DNA of 64,000 bases from an uncultured Verrucomicrobiae bacterium (GTDB taxonomy: Bacteria; Verrucomicrobiota; Verrucomicrobiia; Limisphaerales; Palsa-1400). Under the pieces are notes generated by a model. That model saw nothing but the letters and a program-made list of their open reading frames with translations. It had not been told where the DNA came from and made no database searches. Shown here piece by piece: positions 19,960 to 30,850 of this stretch. How positions within the stretch are numbered: the first letter of the stretch is position 1; each line of letters begins with the position of its first letter. A program made the translations under genes and the position numbers. The stretch is taken from contig CAVXRD010000003.1 in NCBI GenBank assembly GCA_963764165.1, forward strand, positions 64,001 through 128,000, written 5' to 3'.

Positions 19960-22131
19960 ATGACGCACCGTGAAGACTATCGACCGAACCGCATCCAGAT
20001 GGCCCTTCTATCATTGGCCGCAGCCTGCAATTTAGCCATCACGACGGCAACCGCGCTGGCGGAAGACGCGCCATTTCGCCCGCCTGCTGTTCCCTTGGTG
20101 ACGTTCGATCCTTATCTCAGCATTTGGTCTGAAGCGGACAAGCTTGCCGAGGACACCACGCGCCATTGGACGCACCGTTCGCATCCGCTGAACAGCATCA
20201 TTCGTGTTGATGGCGCGGCCAGCCGGTTGATGGGGCCCGAGCCATCGACCATTCCGGCCATGCCGCAAACCTCCGTGGAGGTCACGCCGACGAGGTCGAT
20301 CTACCATTTTCAAGACGCCAGAGTTCGTGTGACAATGACGTTTATGACGCCAGCTTTGCCTGAAGATTTGGAGGTGTTTTCGTGGCCTCTCAGTTATATC
20401 ACATGGGTGGTGGAATCCGTTGATGGCGAGGGTCATGATGTCACGATCTTTGACAGCACGAGTTCAGCGATCTCCGTCAATAAGCCCGACGAAAACGTGG
20501 TTTGGGGAAGGGAAAAAGCAGCCAGCAGGGCCGGCAAGCTGACCGGCGGCGGAATGACCATCCTTCACGCCGGAACCGATGCCCAGCCCATCCTCGGTTC
20601 AAGTGGCGATAATCATCGGATCAATTGGGGCTACGTTTACGCCGCCGCCCGCGCCCGTCAATCCTCGTCGGTCATTGGGAATATGGACACCGTCATTGCG
20701 TCTTTCCTGCGCGACGGCGAGATTCCCGGCCAGGACGACACGCGCAAGCCGCGCCCGGCCAACAGCGGGCAGCCCGTTCTCGCTTTCGAGTTCCACCTCG
20801 GGGAAGTAAAGGCCAAACCGGTGACCCGCCAGGTCATTGTGGCTTACGACGAGATTTATGCCATCAAGTATTTTGGCGTTGATCTCCGCCCCTACTGGAG
20901 GCGCAACGGCGAAACCATAGAAAATCTATTGCGCCAGGCCGACAAGGAATTCCCAAAAATCGAGAAGCGCTGCATTGAGTTCGACCGCGAGCTTTCCGCG
21001 GATCTCACCCGGGCCGGCGGCGACCGCTATGCGAAACTGTGCGCGCTGGCCTACCGCGAATGCGTGGCCGGCTGCGGGCTGGCCGCCGATCAGAACAAAC
21101 AGCCGCTTTTCTTCACCAAGGAAAACACCAGCAACGGCGACATCGCCACCGTGGACGTTTTCTACCCGATGGATCCGATTTGGATTCTGCTAAGCCCCAC
21201 GCTGGCAAAGGCAACTTTGGTTCCGATTTTCAGTTACGCGGCCTCGTGGCATTGGAAGTTTCCCAATGCGCCGCATGATCTCGGCACCTACCCGTTGTCG
21301 CCCGGCCGCGATGACGGCGGCGAAGGCATGCCGGTCGAGGAGAGCGGCAATATGATATTGCTGGCGGACGCCATTTGCCAGGCGGATGGAAATCCAAACT
21401 TTGTGAATCCGTGGTGGCCGCAATTGACGCAATGGGCCAAATATCTCGAACAATATGGCCTCGATCCTGAAAACCAACTTTGCACGGATGACTTCATGGG
21501 CCATCTGGCGCACAACGCGAATCTTTCCGTGAAAGCAATTCTCGCGCTTGCGGCTTACGGCGACCTGGCCCGCCGCCGCGGCGATGCCACCACCGCCGAC
21601 CGCTATCTCCAGCTCGCCAAGGCGGATGCCGCCCATTGGATTCAAGCGGCCAGCGACGGCGACCATTCGCGCCTTGCCTTCGACAAGCCGAACACATGGA
21701 GCCAAAAATATAATCTCGTGTGGGACCGCATTCTCGGGCTGAACGTTTTTCCGGCGGATGTGGCCCGCACGGAAGTCGCCTATTACAAAAAAATGATGCA
21801 AACTTATGGGTTGCCTCTCGATTCCCGCACCAAGCTGACCAAGACCGATTGGTGTTTCTGGTCGGCGACGCTCGCGGACAACGATGCTGATTTCCAGGGC
21901 TTCATCTCACCCATCTACGAATACATGGACAAGACAACGCACCGCGTGCCTCTGGTCGACTCATTTTTCACGACGGAACTCGGCGCAGGCCGTCCCGATT
22001 TCCACGCCCGTCCCGTGGTGGGCGGCCTCTACATCAAAATGCTGGCGGATCGCGCAACATGGAACAAATGGGCGAATCGCGACCACACGAAATTAGGCGA
22101 ATGGGCGCCGCTGCCCGGCAAACCACAGTGA
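19960..22131 (+). CDS. Glutaminase A-like protein (DUF4964/DUF5127/DUF4965/DUF1793 architecture), secreted; possibly a glycoside hydrolase
   Basis: RPPAVPL...DPY.SIWS, KENTSNG..ATVDV.YP, PHDLGTYP, MPVEESGNM, QLCTDDF.GHL, WSQKYNL, ARPVVGG. Start is approximate. Confidence 0.85.
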   Translation: MTHREDYRPNRIQMALLSLAAACNLAITTATALAEDAPFRPPAVPLVTFDPYLSIWSEADKLAEDTTRHWTHRSHPLNSIIRVDGAASRLMGPEPSTIPAMPQTSVEVTPTRSIYHFQDARVRVTMTFMTPALPEDLEVFSWPLSYITWVVESVDGEGHDVTIFDSTSSAISVNKPDENVVWGREKAASRAGKLTGGGMTILHAGTDAQPILGSSGDNHRINWGYVYAAARARQSSSVIGNMDTVIASFLRDGEIPGQDDTRKPRPANSGQPVLAFEFHLGEVKAKPVTRQVIVAYDEIYAIKYFGVDLRPYWRRNGETIENLLRQADKEFPKIEKRCIEFDRELSADLTRAGGDRYAKLCALAYRECVAGCGLAADQNKQPLFFTKENTSNGDIATVDVFYPMDPIWILLSPTLAKATLVPIFSYAASWHWKFPNAPHDLGTYPLSPGRDDGGEGMPVEESGNMILLADAICQADGNPNFVNPWWPQLTQWAKYLEQYGLDPENQLCTDDFMGHLAHNANLSVKAILALAAYGDLARRRGDATTADRYLQLAKADAAHWIQAASDGDHSRLAFDKPNTWSQKYNLVWDRILGLNVFPADVARTEVAYYKKMMQTYGLPLDSRTKLTKTDWCFWSATLADNDADFQGFISPIYEYMDKTTHRVPLVDSFFTTELGAGRPDFHARPVVGGLYIKMLADRATWNKWANRDHTKLGEWAPLPGKPQ

Positions 22132-22157
22132 GGCCTTCGCCAAATTAGCTTCTTTGA

Positions 22158-22315
22158 ATTTGAACAGAAAGATCGAGGCAGAGAACTGGCTCCTCGAAAC
22201 AGGCGTGGAACAAACATCTTTGTGTCTTTTGTGTCTTTGCTGTGAAAATTCTTCACAAAGAAAAAAAGTAAAGAATTCCCATCTCCGCGCCCTCGGTCTT
22301 TCTCCCGTTCAAAAT
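22158..22315. repeat. Degenerate inverted repeat enclosing a 9-bp-period array
   Basis: TTTGAAC..AGAAAGAYCGAGG arms at about 22158-22185 and 22282-22315; CTTTGTGTC-type repeats at 22218-22247; lies between convergent genes. Confidence 0.55.
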
Positions 22316-22342
22316 CTTGTTTTCATTTTGATTTCATCGTCG

Positions 22343-23287
22343 TCACAACCCGTAGAATTTTCGGGCGTTCTCCGCGAATAATTTTTTGCGGTCGACTAAT
22401 GTTTGTTCACGTGTGATTTGCGCCAGCGCATCCAGCCATGATCGCCATGGGCCGGACAGCGTGCAAACGGGCCAATCCCCGCCGAACATCACGCGTTCGA
22501 ATCCAAAGCACTCGACAGCGTGATTGATGCAGGGCCGCAAATCGGCTGTTTTCCAATTCTTCCAATTCGCCCGCGTGATGGCGCCGGAAACTTTGCAAAC
22601 GACGTTCGGAAAGTGCGCGATTTTGCGGAGGTCATCCGCCCAAGGCAGCATTTCCTTCTCGGAGATATTCGGATTTCCGAGGTGATCAAGGACGAAACGA
22701 ATCTCGGGGCATTTTTCAACCAGCGCCGCCGCGGACGGAAGCTGCTCCGCGCTCGCGCAGATCTCGAATATGTATTTTCGCGCCGCCAGCCGCCGAACGC
22801 CTTCCACGAATTCCGGCCGGGAACAAAATTGAGCATCTGCTTCGCCTTGCACAATGCGGCGGACGCCTTTGACCAATGGTTGTTTGGCGAGGTCGTCCAG
22901 CGCGCGCTCCACCTTGGCGGGTTCGTCAATCGGAGCGTTCGCAATGATCGCGCCAATCCGCCGTTCCGCGGCGGCCAGTGATGCCACCCATTCGACTTCC
23001 CGCTGCGATTGGGCGCGGCTGCAGTCGGCCTGGACGAACACGGCCTTCTGCACGTCGCAACCCGCCGTTTCGCGAAAATAATCCGCCGGGAGCTTTGGCG
23101 TTCCGATGGGGGAGTTTTTGAGCCAGGCATATTCCAGCCGCGCCGGATCCCAGAAATGCACATGGGAGTCGACGATGGGGAGGTCGAATTTTGCTTCTTC
23201 GGCCAGTGCCAAGTTCAGTCCGGATGCCAGCGACAATCCGGTCGCGAGGCCGGCGCGGAGGAACTGGCGGCGGTCAATCACGGCCAC
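22343..23287 (-). CDS. Amidohydrolase_2 family protein (L-fuconolactonase-like), Tat-exported
   Basis: DRRQFL Tat motif; DSHVHFW; VLDHLGNP; CKVSG; FGGDWPV. Confidence 0.9.
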   Translation of the reverse strand: MAVIDRRQFLRAGLATGLSLASGLNLALAEEAKFDLPIVDSHVHFWDPARLEYAWLKNSPIGTPKLPADYFRETAGCDVQKAVFVQADCSRAQSQREVEWVASLAAAERRIGAIIANAPIDEPAKVERALDDLAKQPLVKGVRRIVQGEADAQFCSRPEFVEGVRRLAARKYIFEICASAEQLPSAAALVEKCPEIRFVLDHLGNPNISEKEMLPWADDLRKIAHFPNVVCKVSGAITRANWKNWKTADLRPCINHAVECFGFERVMFGGDWPVCTLSGPWRSWLDALAQITREQTLVDRKKLFAENARKFYGL

Positions 23288-23294
23288 AACAATT

Positions 23295-23714
23295 CTATTC
23301 TCCGATGATTTTCACGAGCACACGTTTGCGGCGCCTGCCATCGAATTCGCCGTAGAAAATCTGCTCCCACGGCCCAAAATCGAGTTTTCCCTTTGTGATC
23401 GCAACGACCACTTCGCGCCCCATGATCTGGCGTTTGAGATGGGCATCGGCGTTATCCTCGCCGGTGCGGTTGTGGTGGTATTGGCTGGTGGGCGCGTGCG
23501 GCGCGAGCTTTTCCAGCCACACATCGTAATCGTGGTGCAATCCGCCTTCGTCGTCATTGATGAAAACGGAGGCGGAAATGTGCATTGCGTTGGCGAGACA
23601 AAGCCCTTCCATGACGCCGCTTTTTTGAACAAGCCCTGCCACGGTGTCCGTGATATTGATAAACCCGCGCCGCGAAGGGACTTCAAACCAGAGATATTCC
23701 GTAAGCGATTTCAT
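23295..23714 (-). CDS. yjbQ: YjbQ/UPF0047 family protein
   Basis: [14 protein letters not shown]...[22 protein letters not shown]. Confidence 0.92.
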   Translation of the reverse strand: MKSLTEYLWFEVPSRRGFINITDTVAGLVQKSGVMEGLCLANAMHISASVFINDDEGGLHHDYDVWLEKLAPHAPTSQYHHNRTGEDNADAHLKRQIMGREVVVAITKGKLDFGPWEQIFYGEFDGRRRKRVLVKIIGE

Positions 23715-23768
23715 TCCAACGCCAGTTACCACGCGCCGCACCCGCGGTCAAGCGGCTGCGGAAATGGT

Positions 23769-24218
23769 TTTAATCTGGAACTCAGGAAATCAGGAAAGGA
23801 AGACGAATAGGAATCGCCCATATCGTGAACTCGCACCCGTTCACCACATTCGCCGCGGGCGCATCTCAGTTTTTGTGAGGGCGGTCTTCTGCAAAAAGCT
23901 CCGCCGGTCGACAAGTGATCGCTCTCTCCCCGCCAAGCTTGGCGGGGAGAGAGAAGGAGAGAGGGGCAACTCATTAAAACCGGGCGAGGCGAGGGGCATT
24001 GAGGGCCGATGGATTTCAGTCGGTTCCTAATCGCCCCTCTCCCTAACCCTCTCCCCGCTGCGCAGGGCGAGGGAATCCGCGTTTCGTCGGCAAGGGATTG
24101 CCAAAAAGTGAGATGTGCCCATTCGCCGCCAGGCATTCGTCCTATTATTGACATTACCTCCCATTGCTTCGAAAATAACTCCAGCCTCCTTTCCTGATTT
24201 CCTGAGTTCCAGATTAAA
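23769..24218. mobile_element. Non-coding element bounded by perfect 32-bp inverted repeats (family C)
   Basis: TTTAATCTGGAACTCAGGAAATCAGGAAAGGA at 23769-23800 and its exact reverse complement at 24187-24218; relatives at 28790 and 56241. Confidence 0.8.
23857..24120. mobile_element. MITE of 264 bp with 19-bp terminal inverted repeats and a 9-bp target-site duplication
   Basis: Termini GGGCGCATCTCAGTTTTTG and CAAAAAGTGAGATGTGCCC (2 mismatches). Direct repeat ATTCGCCGC at 23848-23856 and 24121-24129. Internal perfect 32-bp palindrome at 23922-23953. Confidence 0.85.
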
Positions 24219-24281
24219 TCCCTGCTTTTTCCGCGTGCTTTCCTATTGCCTTTGGCGGCGGTTGCGTGAAGATTCGGGCGC

Positions 24282-25436
24282 ATGAGCAAAATGTCCAAAT
24301 TTGCCCGTTATCCCCGGCTGAATCCGATGGGCATCGGGAAAAATATTTCCGCCGCCGATTTGGTGGATCAAACGTTCCTCGCCTACAACGGCGGGCGGCT
24401 GCGCGAGGCCGCGAAATTGTTAACAGAAAAAATGCTGCCGGACGACGGCGTGGTTGGCTTGAGCCTGACCGGCGCGCTTACTCCCGCCGGATTGGGAAAG
24501 TCCTGCTTGATTCCATTGATGCGGGCCGGCTTCGTGGATTGGATTGTTTCCACCGGGGCCAATCTTTATCACGATTTGCATTACGGCCTGGGAATGGCGC
24601 TTCACCAAGGCTCGCCATTTCTTGACGACGTGGCGCTGCACCGGGACGGCGTCATCCGCATTTACGATATTCTTTTTGACTACAACGTTCTTCTCGACAC
24701 CGACGAATTTGTGCGCGAGGTGATCCAGGGCGCGGAATTCCAGCGCCCGATGGGCACGGACGAATTTCATTATCTGCTCGGCGGATACGTGGCCGAGCGC
24801 GGCCGCACATTGAAATTGACCGACAGCTCGGTGCTCGCGGTGGCGCATGAGTGCGGCATTCCCGTTTTCACCAGCAGCCCCGGCGACAGCTCCATCGGCA
24901 TGAACGTCGCCGCGATGGCGATGCGCGAATCCGGCCTGGCCTTTGACGTGAACCGCGATGTCAATCAAACCGCCGCCATTGTTTACGACGCAAAATCTTC
25001 CGGCCGCACATCCTCCGTGTTCATTCTGGGCGGTGGATCGCCTAAGAATTTCATGCTGCAAACGGAACCGCAAATCCAGGAAGTCATGGGAATCGCCGAG
25101 AAGGGGCACGATTATTTCCTGCAATGCACGGACGCGCGGGCAGACACCGGCGGCTTGAGCGGCGCCACCCCGGCGGAGGCGGTGAGCTGGGGCAAGGTCG
25201 ATCCCAACAAGCTGCCCGATTGCGTGGTGGCATATGTGGATTCCACGATTTCCCTGCCGTTGTTGACGGCTTACGCGCTGAATCGCCATCCCGCGCGGAA
25301 ACTGAAGCGGCTTTATGACCGCCGCGACGCGATGTACGAAAAAGTGAAATCCATCTATCTAAAGGTGGGCACCGTCAGCAAAATCAAGACGAGCCGGAAG
25401 CTGGCCAAGCGCGCCACCGGCGCCGTCATGAAGTGA
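24282..25436 (+). CDS. Deoxyhypusine synthase-like protein (possibly homospermidine biosynthesis)
   Basis: [49 protein letters not shown]. Confidence 0.9.
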   Translation: MSKMSKFARYPRLNPMGIGKNISAADLVDQTFLAYNGGRLREAAKLLTEKMLPDDGVVGLSLTGALTPAGLGKSCLIPLMRAGFVDWIVSTGANLYHDLHYGLGMALHQGSPFLDDVALHRDGVIRIYDILFDYNVLLDTDEFVREVIQGAEFQRPMGTDEFHYLLGGYVAERGRTLKLTDSSVLAVAHECGIPVFTSSPGDSSIGMNVAAMAMRESGLAFDVNRDVNQTAAIVYDAKSSGRTSSVFILGGGSPKNFMLQTEPQIQEVMGIAEKGHDYFLQCTDARADTGGLSGATPAEAVSWGKVDPNKLPDCVVAYVDSTISLPLLTAYALNRHPARKLKRLYDRRDAMYEKVKSIYLKVGTVSKIKTSRKLAKRATGAVMK

Positions 25437-27230
25437 GTTCTTCCGCCGGTAAATTTTGATTCCGAAACTGTTGTCCTTGATCCAATCGTGGCCGAGGGAT
25501 TTGGCCAGGTCGTAATTGGCCTCGATCCATTTTTGCGCGTCGAGGCCCAGCTTGTTGGTCGTGCCGAAATATCCCATTTCGTATTCGCTGTAATTAACAG
25601 CAATCTCGACGACGAAGCTGGGATTGCTGTTGGTCAGGGCCCGGGTCATGTTCTCCTGGCCGAAGGCGGCCACCTCCGGCGGATTCCACGCCACGTAGCC
25701 TGACGGATTCGGCAGGCGTGAAAGGTAATTCATCATCGCGCCCTGCGGCAGGACGGCCATTGTCGCGCGCGGTGGGGCATTGGATTCCACCCATTGCAGC
25801 GCCTCGACAAAAGTTTTGTCCGACTGGCGGAAATGAATGTCGAAACCGTAAATCAAGTCACCACCGGAGGAGACCGGCAGTGTTTTATCGGAGTAAATAA
25901 CGAGCGACGCCTGGAGCGCCCTCATCAGCATCGTAAACAGCATGGCCCAAACCAGAAACTGGAATAAAAGCGGCCTCACGGAGAACCGGTCGAGAAACCG
26001 GGGAAGCTCCCACAGCAAGAAATAAACGGCAGCCATGAACGCGGGCATCGCGAGAGCGAATCCGTAATGCCAGACGCGGCAGAACAAGCCCATTTTGGCC
26101 ATCGCTGCGAGGCTCCAGACCGTCCACAAGGTTGCGAATATCAGCGGAGGATCCCAGCCCTTCTTGCGTGCGCGCCACAAAAGGCCGGCCAGCAGCGCCA
26201 GGCATATCGGCGGCAGGCAGTATCCGCACACGAACCAGTTTTCTCCCCAAATGATGTTCATCATCCGATAGCCCAGCAGCGCGGCGGCTATGCCCGAAAG
26301 CCACAATGGAAGCTTTCGGCTTGAAGCCGCCGAGCAGATCGCGATCAGGCAAATCAGCCACATGAATTGCGCCAGAATTTTGCGCGCGTGCATGGATGGA
26401 TCATCCAGGCCAAAGTAGTGGCGGTAAAACGGGCTGTCGGCGGCGCTGGTGGTCAGCAGCGGCACCCAGGCCGCAAACACGGCTTTGACGCTTGACTTGA
26501 AATCTTCGTGGCAAAGAAACCAGCCGAGAAAAGCCAGCCCCGGGAGAATTCCCGCGGCGATCATGCATCCAAGGGAGCGGGCAAGTTGCGCTCTGTTATG
26601 AATCCGCCAGAACAGGATAATAGCGGCGCAATGCGCCACCAGAACCGCCAGAAACAAGTCCGGCTTTGTCAATAATATCATTCCCGCTCCCAAGCCGGCC
26701 GCCGCCGCGAATCTGGCATCCCCCCTCTGCACCCATCGTGCGAGCATGACCGTCGCCGCGGCGGACAAAATCACTCCATGAACCACTTCCGCGCAATAGG
26801 GTGTGATGTAGTTGAAAATGCCCATGGTGGTGTAGTTGGCAAACGCGAAAACAATCAGCAGCGACATGCCTGCGGTGACCGCGGTGAGCTGGTCTGAGCA
26901 TTTGTAAAAGCAGAAATAAACCAATCCTGTCAAAAGCACGATGAGGAACAGATTGGAAACGGCCACCGTCGTGAACGAGGCGCCAAAAATTTTGAAGAGC
27001 AAGGCGTGAAAATGCTGCGACAGCGGGCCGCCCACCATGTAATGAAAGTCGCGGTACATGACGGCGCCCTCGGAAATCTGCCACGGCATGTAAAGCTGCG
27101 GCCCGTAGTCGACAATCAGGCCCGGCCAGCGCCGCCACGATTTCCAAAGCATCATGGAAAAAACCACCGTGAGAATGGCCGCGCCGAAAGCCAAATCCCG
27201 CCTCGCGGTTGATTTCGTCTTGGTGGTCAT
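25359..27230 (-). CDS. Polytopic membrane protein, probable GT-C (ArnT/PMT-like) glycosyltransferase
   Basis: More than 10 TM helices; D.G..LY.PWQI..G..MYRD and LLTKPD motifs; soluble C-terminal domain; 3' end overlaps the convergent gene by 78 bp. Confidence 0.7.
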   Translation of the reverse strand: MTTKTKSTARRDLAFGAAILTVVFSMMLWKSWRRWPGLIVDYGPQLYMPWQISEGAVMYRDFHYMVGGPLSQHFHALLFKIFGASFTTVAVSNLFLIVLLTGLVYFCFYKCSDQLTAVTAGMSLLIVFAFANYTTMGIFNYITPYCAEVVHGVILSAAATVMLARWVQRGDARFAAAAGLGAGMILLTKPDLFLAVLVAHCAAIILFWRIHNRAQLARSLGCMIAAGILPGLAFLGWFLCHEDFKSSVKAVFAAWVPLLTTSAADSPFYRHYFGLDDPSMHARKILAQFMWLICLIAICSAASSRKLPLWLSGIAAALLGYRMMNIIWGENWFVCGYCLPPICLALLAGLLWRARKKGWDPPLIFATLWTVWSLAAMAKMGLFCRVWHYGFALAMPAFMAAVYFLLWELPRFLDRFSVRPLLFQFLVWAMLFTMLMRALQASLVIYSDKTLPVSSGGDLIYGFDIHFRQSDKTFVEALQWVESNAPPRATMAVLPQGAMMNYLSRLPNPSGYVAWNPPEVAAFGQENMTRALTNSNPSFVVEIAVNYSEYEMGYFGTTNKLGLDAQKWIEANYDLAKSLGHDWIKDNSFGIKIYRRKNSLHDGAGGALGQLPARLDFADGAHL

Positions 27231-28732
27231 TGGTTTCGGGCCGCGGTCAAATCAAGGGGATCGACCGTGGTGGGCGGCAATTCGCGCGCGGCTTTTTGCA
27301 GAGCGGCCGCATGCTCCGGCAGGCACAGCAAGGCGGAGACATTGGCGACGTTTGTAATTAAAACATACCCCGCCTCTTCAACCTGAGCGGGCCGCAGCGG
27401 CTCGCTTTGCAAATCGAGAATCACGTAATCCACTTTGAAATCCTGGCACAATCGAAGCCAGCCGGGCCGATGATCGTAGAATGTGTTGTTCAGGTCAAAG
27501 GTGGATTCGGGGTAAGTGGTTTCGTAACGCCCATCCATCGAGACTTTGATGTTCGGAAACAGCCGCCAGCTCACGTAGCTGCCCCACGCGAACGGCGTCG
27601 CCGCGTTTCCTTTCGCGCCGGCCTTCGCCAGAATGTCCGCCTCGCGCACAGGATCCTCGCCGATGGGAGAAAGAGGATAGGTGGATGCGCCAGCCCAATC
27701 CTTGCAAACAATCCAAAGGAAAATCCCCGAGTACGACAAGATGGCAACCGCCACGGGATTCATGCGCCGAGGCAGCAGCGCTTTGCAATATGGTCCGGCG
27801 AAGGCGAGCGCCGAGGCGGCGAGGAAAGGGCCGTGCCGCCGGCTCCGCCAACCCATCGCCAGAGTCAGCGCCAGGGTGGCCAGCCCTGGCCAATTCTTTT
27901 GTTTGACGCTCTTCCAGCCAACGGCGACGCCGGCGATGGCAATGACGGACAGCACGCGGAACCCCAGGAAATCATCCCACACAAACGGTTGAAGCGGACG
28001 CCATTCGAGAATCCGCGCGCGCGGATGAAGCAGCGCCGGGATCAGGTAGCGCCAGAAATCGGTTCCGTAGGGGTTGATGAACGTTATGGCAAAACAGGCC
28101 GCCGCCGTTATCACAAATGCTTTTGCGTGAGCGCGGGTCATGACAGCCCAGCCCGCATAAACACAAATAATTCCCAATCCCGCCACGAATCCTCCATGCG
28201 CATTGGCCCAGATCAATATCATCAGCGGCAGCGCAAAGGCCGGCCAGCGAACGCCGCTTCGCATCTGCTCGAGGAAATAAAGCGTCGCCGCGAAGAAGAA
28301 AAATGTGAACACATGCGAGCGAGCCACTGGAATGTATCCGGTGAGAAGGCACGCGCCCGCGGGCAACGCCAGCAGGAGGAGCGCATTGTCATCCGCGTTC
28401 TGCTTTCGCCCGGTTGCATACGCCAGCCCGAGCAGCCCCAGCGCCAAAAAGATTCGCAGAAGAATCAATGACGATGCCCCAAACCATTTGACAAGCGCAT
28501 AAAAAATAACGCCCGCGCCCCATTCGTGATCGATGTATTGCGGCAGCACCGGGGTGAACGCGTAAATGTCGTGGCGCAATATATGGCCTGAATTCCAGAG
28601 ATTGGAACCAATGGCTAATTTCGCCCACAGATCGCCATCGGTGATATTGTGGAAACAGAGGACAACCGCCAGAGCCGCCGCGCCCAGGAGAGCGATGAAT
28701 TCGCGCAGGGCCAGGTTTTGTTTGACGGTCAC
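27227..28732 (-). CDS. Polytopic membrane protein, probable GT-C glycosyltransferase
   Basis: D.DLW..L..G, DHEW, WAN.HGGF, INPYG, I.EW.P, WG.Y..W, DGR motifs; GTG start. Confidence 0.7.
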   Translation of the reverse strand: MTVKQNLALREFIALLGAAALAVVLCFHNITDGDLWAKLAIGSNLWNSGHILRHDIYAFTPVLPQYIDHEWGAGVIFYALVKWFGASSLILLRIFLALGLLGLAYATGRKQNADDNALLLLALPAGACLLTGYIPVARSHVFTFFFFAATLYFLEQMRSGVRWPAFALPLMILIWANAHGGFVAGLGIICVYAGWAVMTRAHAKAFVITAAACFAITFINPYGTDFWRYLIPALLHPRARILEWRPLQPFVWDDFLGFRVLSVIAIAGVAVGWKSVKQKNWPGLATLALTLAMGWRSRRHGPFLAASALAFAGPYCKALLPRRMNPVAVAILSYSGIFLWIVCKDWAGASTYPLSPIGEDPVREADILAKAGAKGNAATPFAWGSYVSWRLFPNIKVSMDGRYETTYPESTFDLNNTFYDHRPGWLRLCQDFKVDYVILDLQSEPLRPAQVEEAGYVLITNVANVSALLCLPEHAAALQKAARELPPTTVDPLDLTAARNQ

Positions 28733-28789
28733 ACCCGCATGTTATGAACGATGGCGGCTCCGTCAAGCTGCGGTTAGGATAACGGAATT

Positions 28790-28962
28790 ATTTTAATCAG
28801 GAACGACCGAACTCAGGAACGGAGGCCAAAACAGGTTTTGCCGTCATCGTTGATTCGCGTCCCTTCAACTGCATGCATTGCTCCCATAATTCACATTATA
28901 CCCATCAAGTAAAAAGTGATCCCAAGCCTCCGTTCCTGAGTTCGGCCGTTCCAGATTAAAAT
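28790..28962. mobile_element. Family C inverted-repeat element (173 bp)
   Basis: 37-bp arms ATTTTAATCWGGAACGRCCGAACTCAGGAACGGAGGC at 28790-28826 and 28926-28962, with 2 mismatches. Confidence 0.8.
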
Positions 28963-28963
28963 C

Positions 28964-29689
28964 TCAGCTCAGTTCGTAATTCAGAATCGCCAGCGCGGCC
29001 AGGGCGGCCGTTTCGCAGCGCAGGATGAGCGGGCCCAGATTGATTGGCAGCGCGCCCGCGCCTTTGATGGCTTCCATTTCTTCCGGCGCAAAGTCCCCCT
29101 CGGGACCGATCCAGAGCTGGAGCGTTTTCGGCGGCGTTTTCGGAAAACACGCCCGCAAATGGCGGCTGTCGCTTTGCAGCGAGCCGACCAGGGACAAGTC
29201 GAATTTTTCGCCGCGTGCGAGCAGGGAGGGGAGCGTTGCCGCTGATTCCACTCGCGGCAGCCAGCGCTGCCCGCATTGCTTGATCGCCTCGACGGCGGTT
29301 TGCCGCCACTTGTCGGATTTGTGCTCGATGGAACCGCCTTCCAGATGCGTTGTGACGCGCTGGGAGAGCAGGGGAACGATGCGCCAGACGCCAAGCTCGG
29401 TCGCCTTTTGAATAATTGAGTCCAGCATTTTTCCCTTTGGAATCGCCTGCGCCAAAGTGATCTGGCAGGGCGGCGCAGGTTGCGTGAATTTGCCTTTGAC
29501 TCTTAGTTCGACGCGTTTCCGCGCGACGGCGGCAACTTCGCAAGTGAACTCAGTTCCCACTCCGTCTAGCACGGCGACGCCGTCCCCCTTTCTCACGCGC
29601 AGCACATCGGCGGCATGGTGGGCCTCACTCTCCGTCAATACTAAGGTGTCCGCGCCGCACTCCGATGGCGGCAGGTAAAAGCGGCGCAT
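28964..29689 (-). CDS. rsmE: 16S rRNA m3U1498 methyltransferase
   Basis: HH..DVLR, QKATELGV, EA.KQCG, IGPEGDF, LGPLILRCETA. Confidence 0.95.
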   Translation of the reverse strand: MRRFYLPPSECGADTLVLTESEAHHAADVLRVRKGDGVAVLDGVGTEFTCEVAAVARKRVELRVKGKFTQPAPPCQITLAQAIPKGKMLDSIIQKATELGVWRIVPLLSQRVTTHLEGGSIEHKSDKWRQTAVEAIKQCGQRWLPRVESAATLPSLLARGEKFDLSLVGSLQSDSRHLRACFPKTPPKTLQLWIGPEGDFAPEEMEAIKGAGALPINLGPLILRCETAALAALAILNYELS

Positions 29690-29695
29690 ATTGCC

Positions 29696-30823
29696 TCACC
29701 GAAAGATGCTTTTGGCCTTCTCGAAAAAGCTCTTGCCCATCGGATGGACATCCTCGTCGCACAGCTTGGCGAACTCCTCGAGCTTCGCCCGCTGGCCCGC
29801 GTTGAGCTTTGTCGGCACTTCGATTTGCACGCGCACCAGCAAATCTCCCTGGCCGTAGCCCTGGACGTTCTTGACACCTTTGCCCTTGAGCCGAAAAACC
29901 GAGCCGGGCTGCGTGCCTGGCGGAATTTTGATTTCCTGGGGATCTGTCAGCGTCGGCACTTCGACTGACGAGCCGAGGGCCGCTTGGACGAAGCTGATGG
30001 GAATCTCGCACAGCAAATCATCGCCGTCGCGGTTGAAAATTTCGTGGCGCTTGACGTGAATGACGACGAACAAATCTCCGGGAGGAGCGCCCCGCGTGCC
30101 CGCTTCGCCATTGCCGGACGAACGCAAGCGCGATCCGGTTTCAACGCCCGCGGGAACCTTGATTTTAATTTTTGTTGTCTTGTCTTTGCGCCCGGCCCCA
30201 GAGCAGGAGCGGCAAGGTTTGTCAACAACTCGGCCCGCGCCTTCGCAGCGCGGGCACGTCTGCGCGATGCTGAAAATGCCGCGCGACGAAATCACCTGGC
30301 CGCGTCCGCCGCAAACCGCGCAGACTTTCGCCGTCGCGCCTTTTTCCGCGCCGGTGCCGTTGCAAATTTCACACGGGCCGGGCTTGGTGACGGTGATTTC
30401 CCGTTCGCAACCCATGGCGGCTTCAATGAACGTGAGCTCCATGTCGTAGCGCAAATCGTCGCCGCGCTGGTTTCCGCCGGCCCGCCGTTCGCTGCCGCCG
30501 CCGAAGATATCCTCAAAAATGCTGGAACCGCCGAACACCTCGCGGAAAATCTCGCTAGGGTCATGGAATCCCGAACTGGCCCGGGCGCGGGCGCGCGGAT
30601 CGAAGGCGGCGTGTCCGTATTGATCGTAGGCTGCGCGCGATTGTGGATTGCTCAGCGCCTCGTAAGCCTCGCCTAATTCTTTGAAACTCTCCTCGGCCGC
30701 CTTGTCATTTGGATTGCGGTCGGGGTGGTATTTCAACGCCAGCTTGCGATACGCCTTTTTGATTTCCTCGGCATCGGCCGCCTTGTCAACGCCGAGGACT
30801 TCGTAATAATCACGTTTGGCCAT
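29696..30823 (-). CDS. dnaJ: Chaperone DnaJ
   Basis: J-domain with HPD, G/F region, four CxxCxGxG repeats. Confidence 0.98.
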   Translation of the reverse strand: MAKRDYYEVLGVDKAADAEEIKKAYRKLALKYHPDRNPNDKAAEESFKELGEAYEALSNPQSRAAYDQYGHAAFDPRARARASSGFHDPSEIFREVFGGSSIFEDIFGGGSERRAGGNQRGDDLRYDMELTFIEAAMGCEREITVTKPGPCEICNGTGAEKGATAKVCAVCGGRGQVISSRGIFSIAQTCPRCEGAGRVVDKPCRSCSGAGRKDKTTKIKIKVPAGVETGSRLRSSGNGEAGTRGAPPGDLFVVIHVKRHEIFNRDGDDLLCEIPISFVQAALGSSVEVPTLTDPQEIKIPPGTQPGSVFRLKGKGVKNVQGYGQGDLLVRVQIEVPTKLNAGQRAKLEEFAKLCDEDVHPMGKSFFEKAKSIFR

Positions 30824-30850
30824 AGGGAGATCGGGATCAGCTCACCTCAA

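Noticed and set aside
23726..24298. 190-aa ORF as a possible transposase of the MITE
   Set aside because: Reads through repeat arms and has no DDE or HUH motifs.
25359..25436. 78-bp convergent overlap of DHS and GT-C genes as a regulatory device
   Set aside because: Both tails look unconstrained; stop-codon drift in GC-rich DNA is a sufficient explanation.
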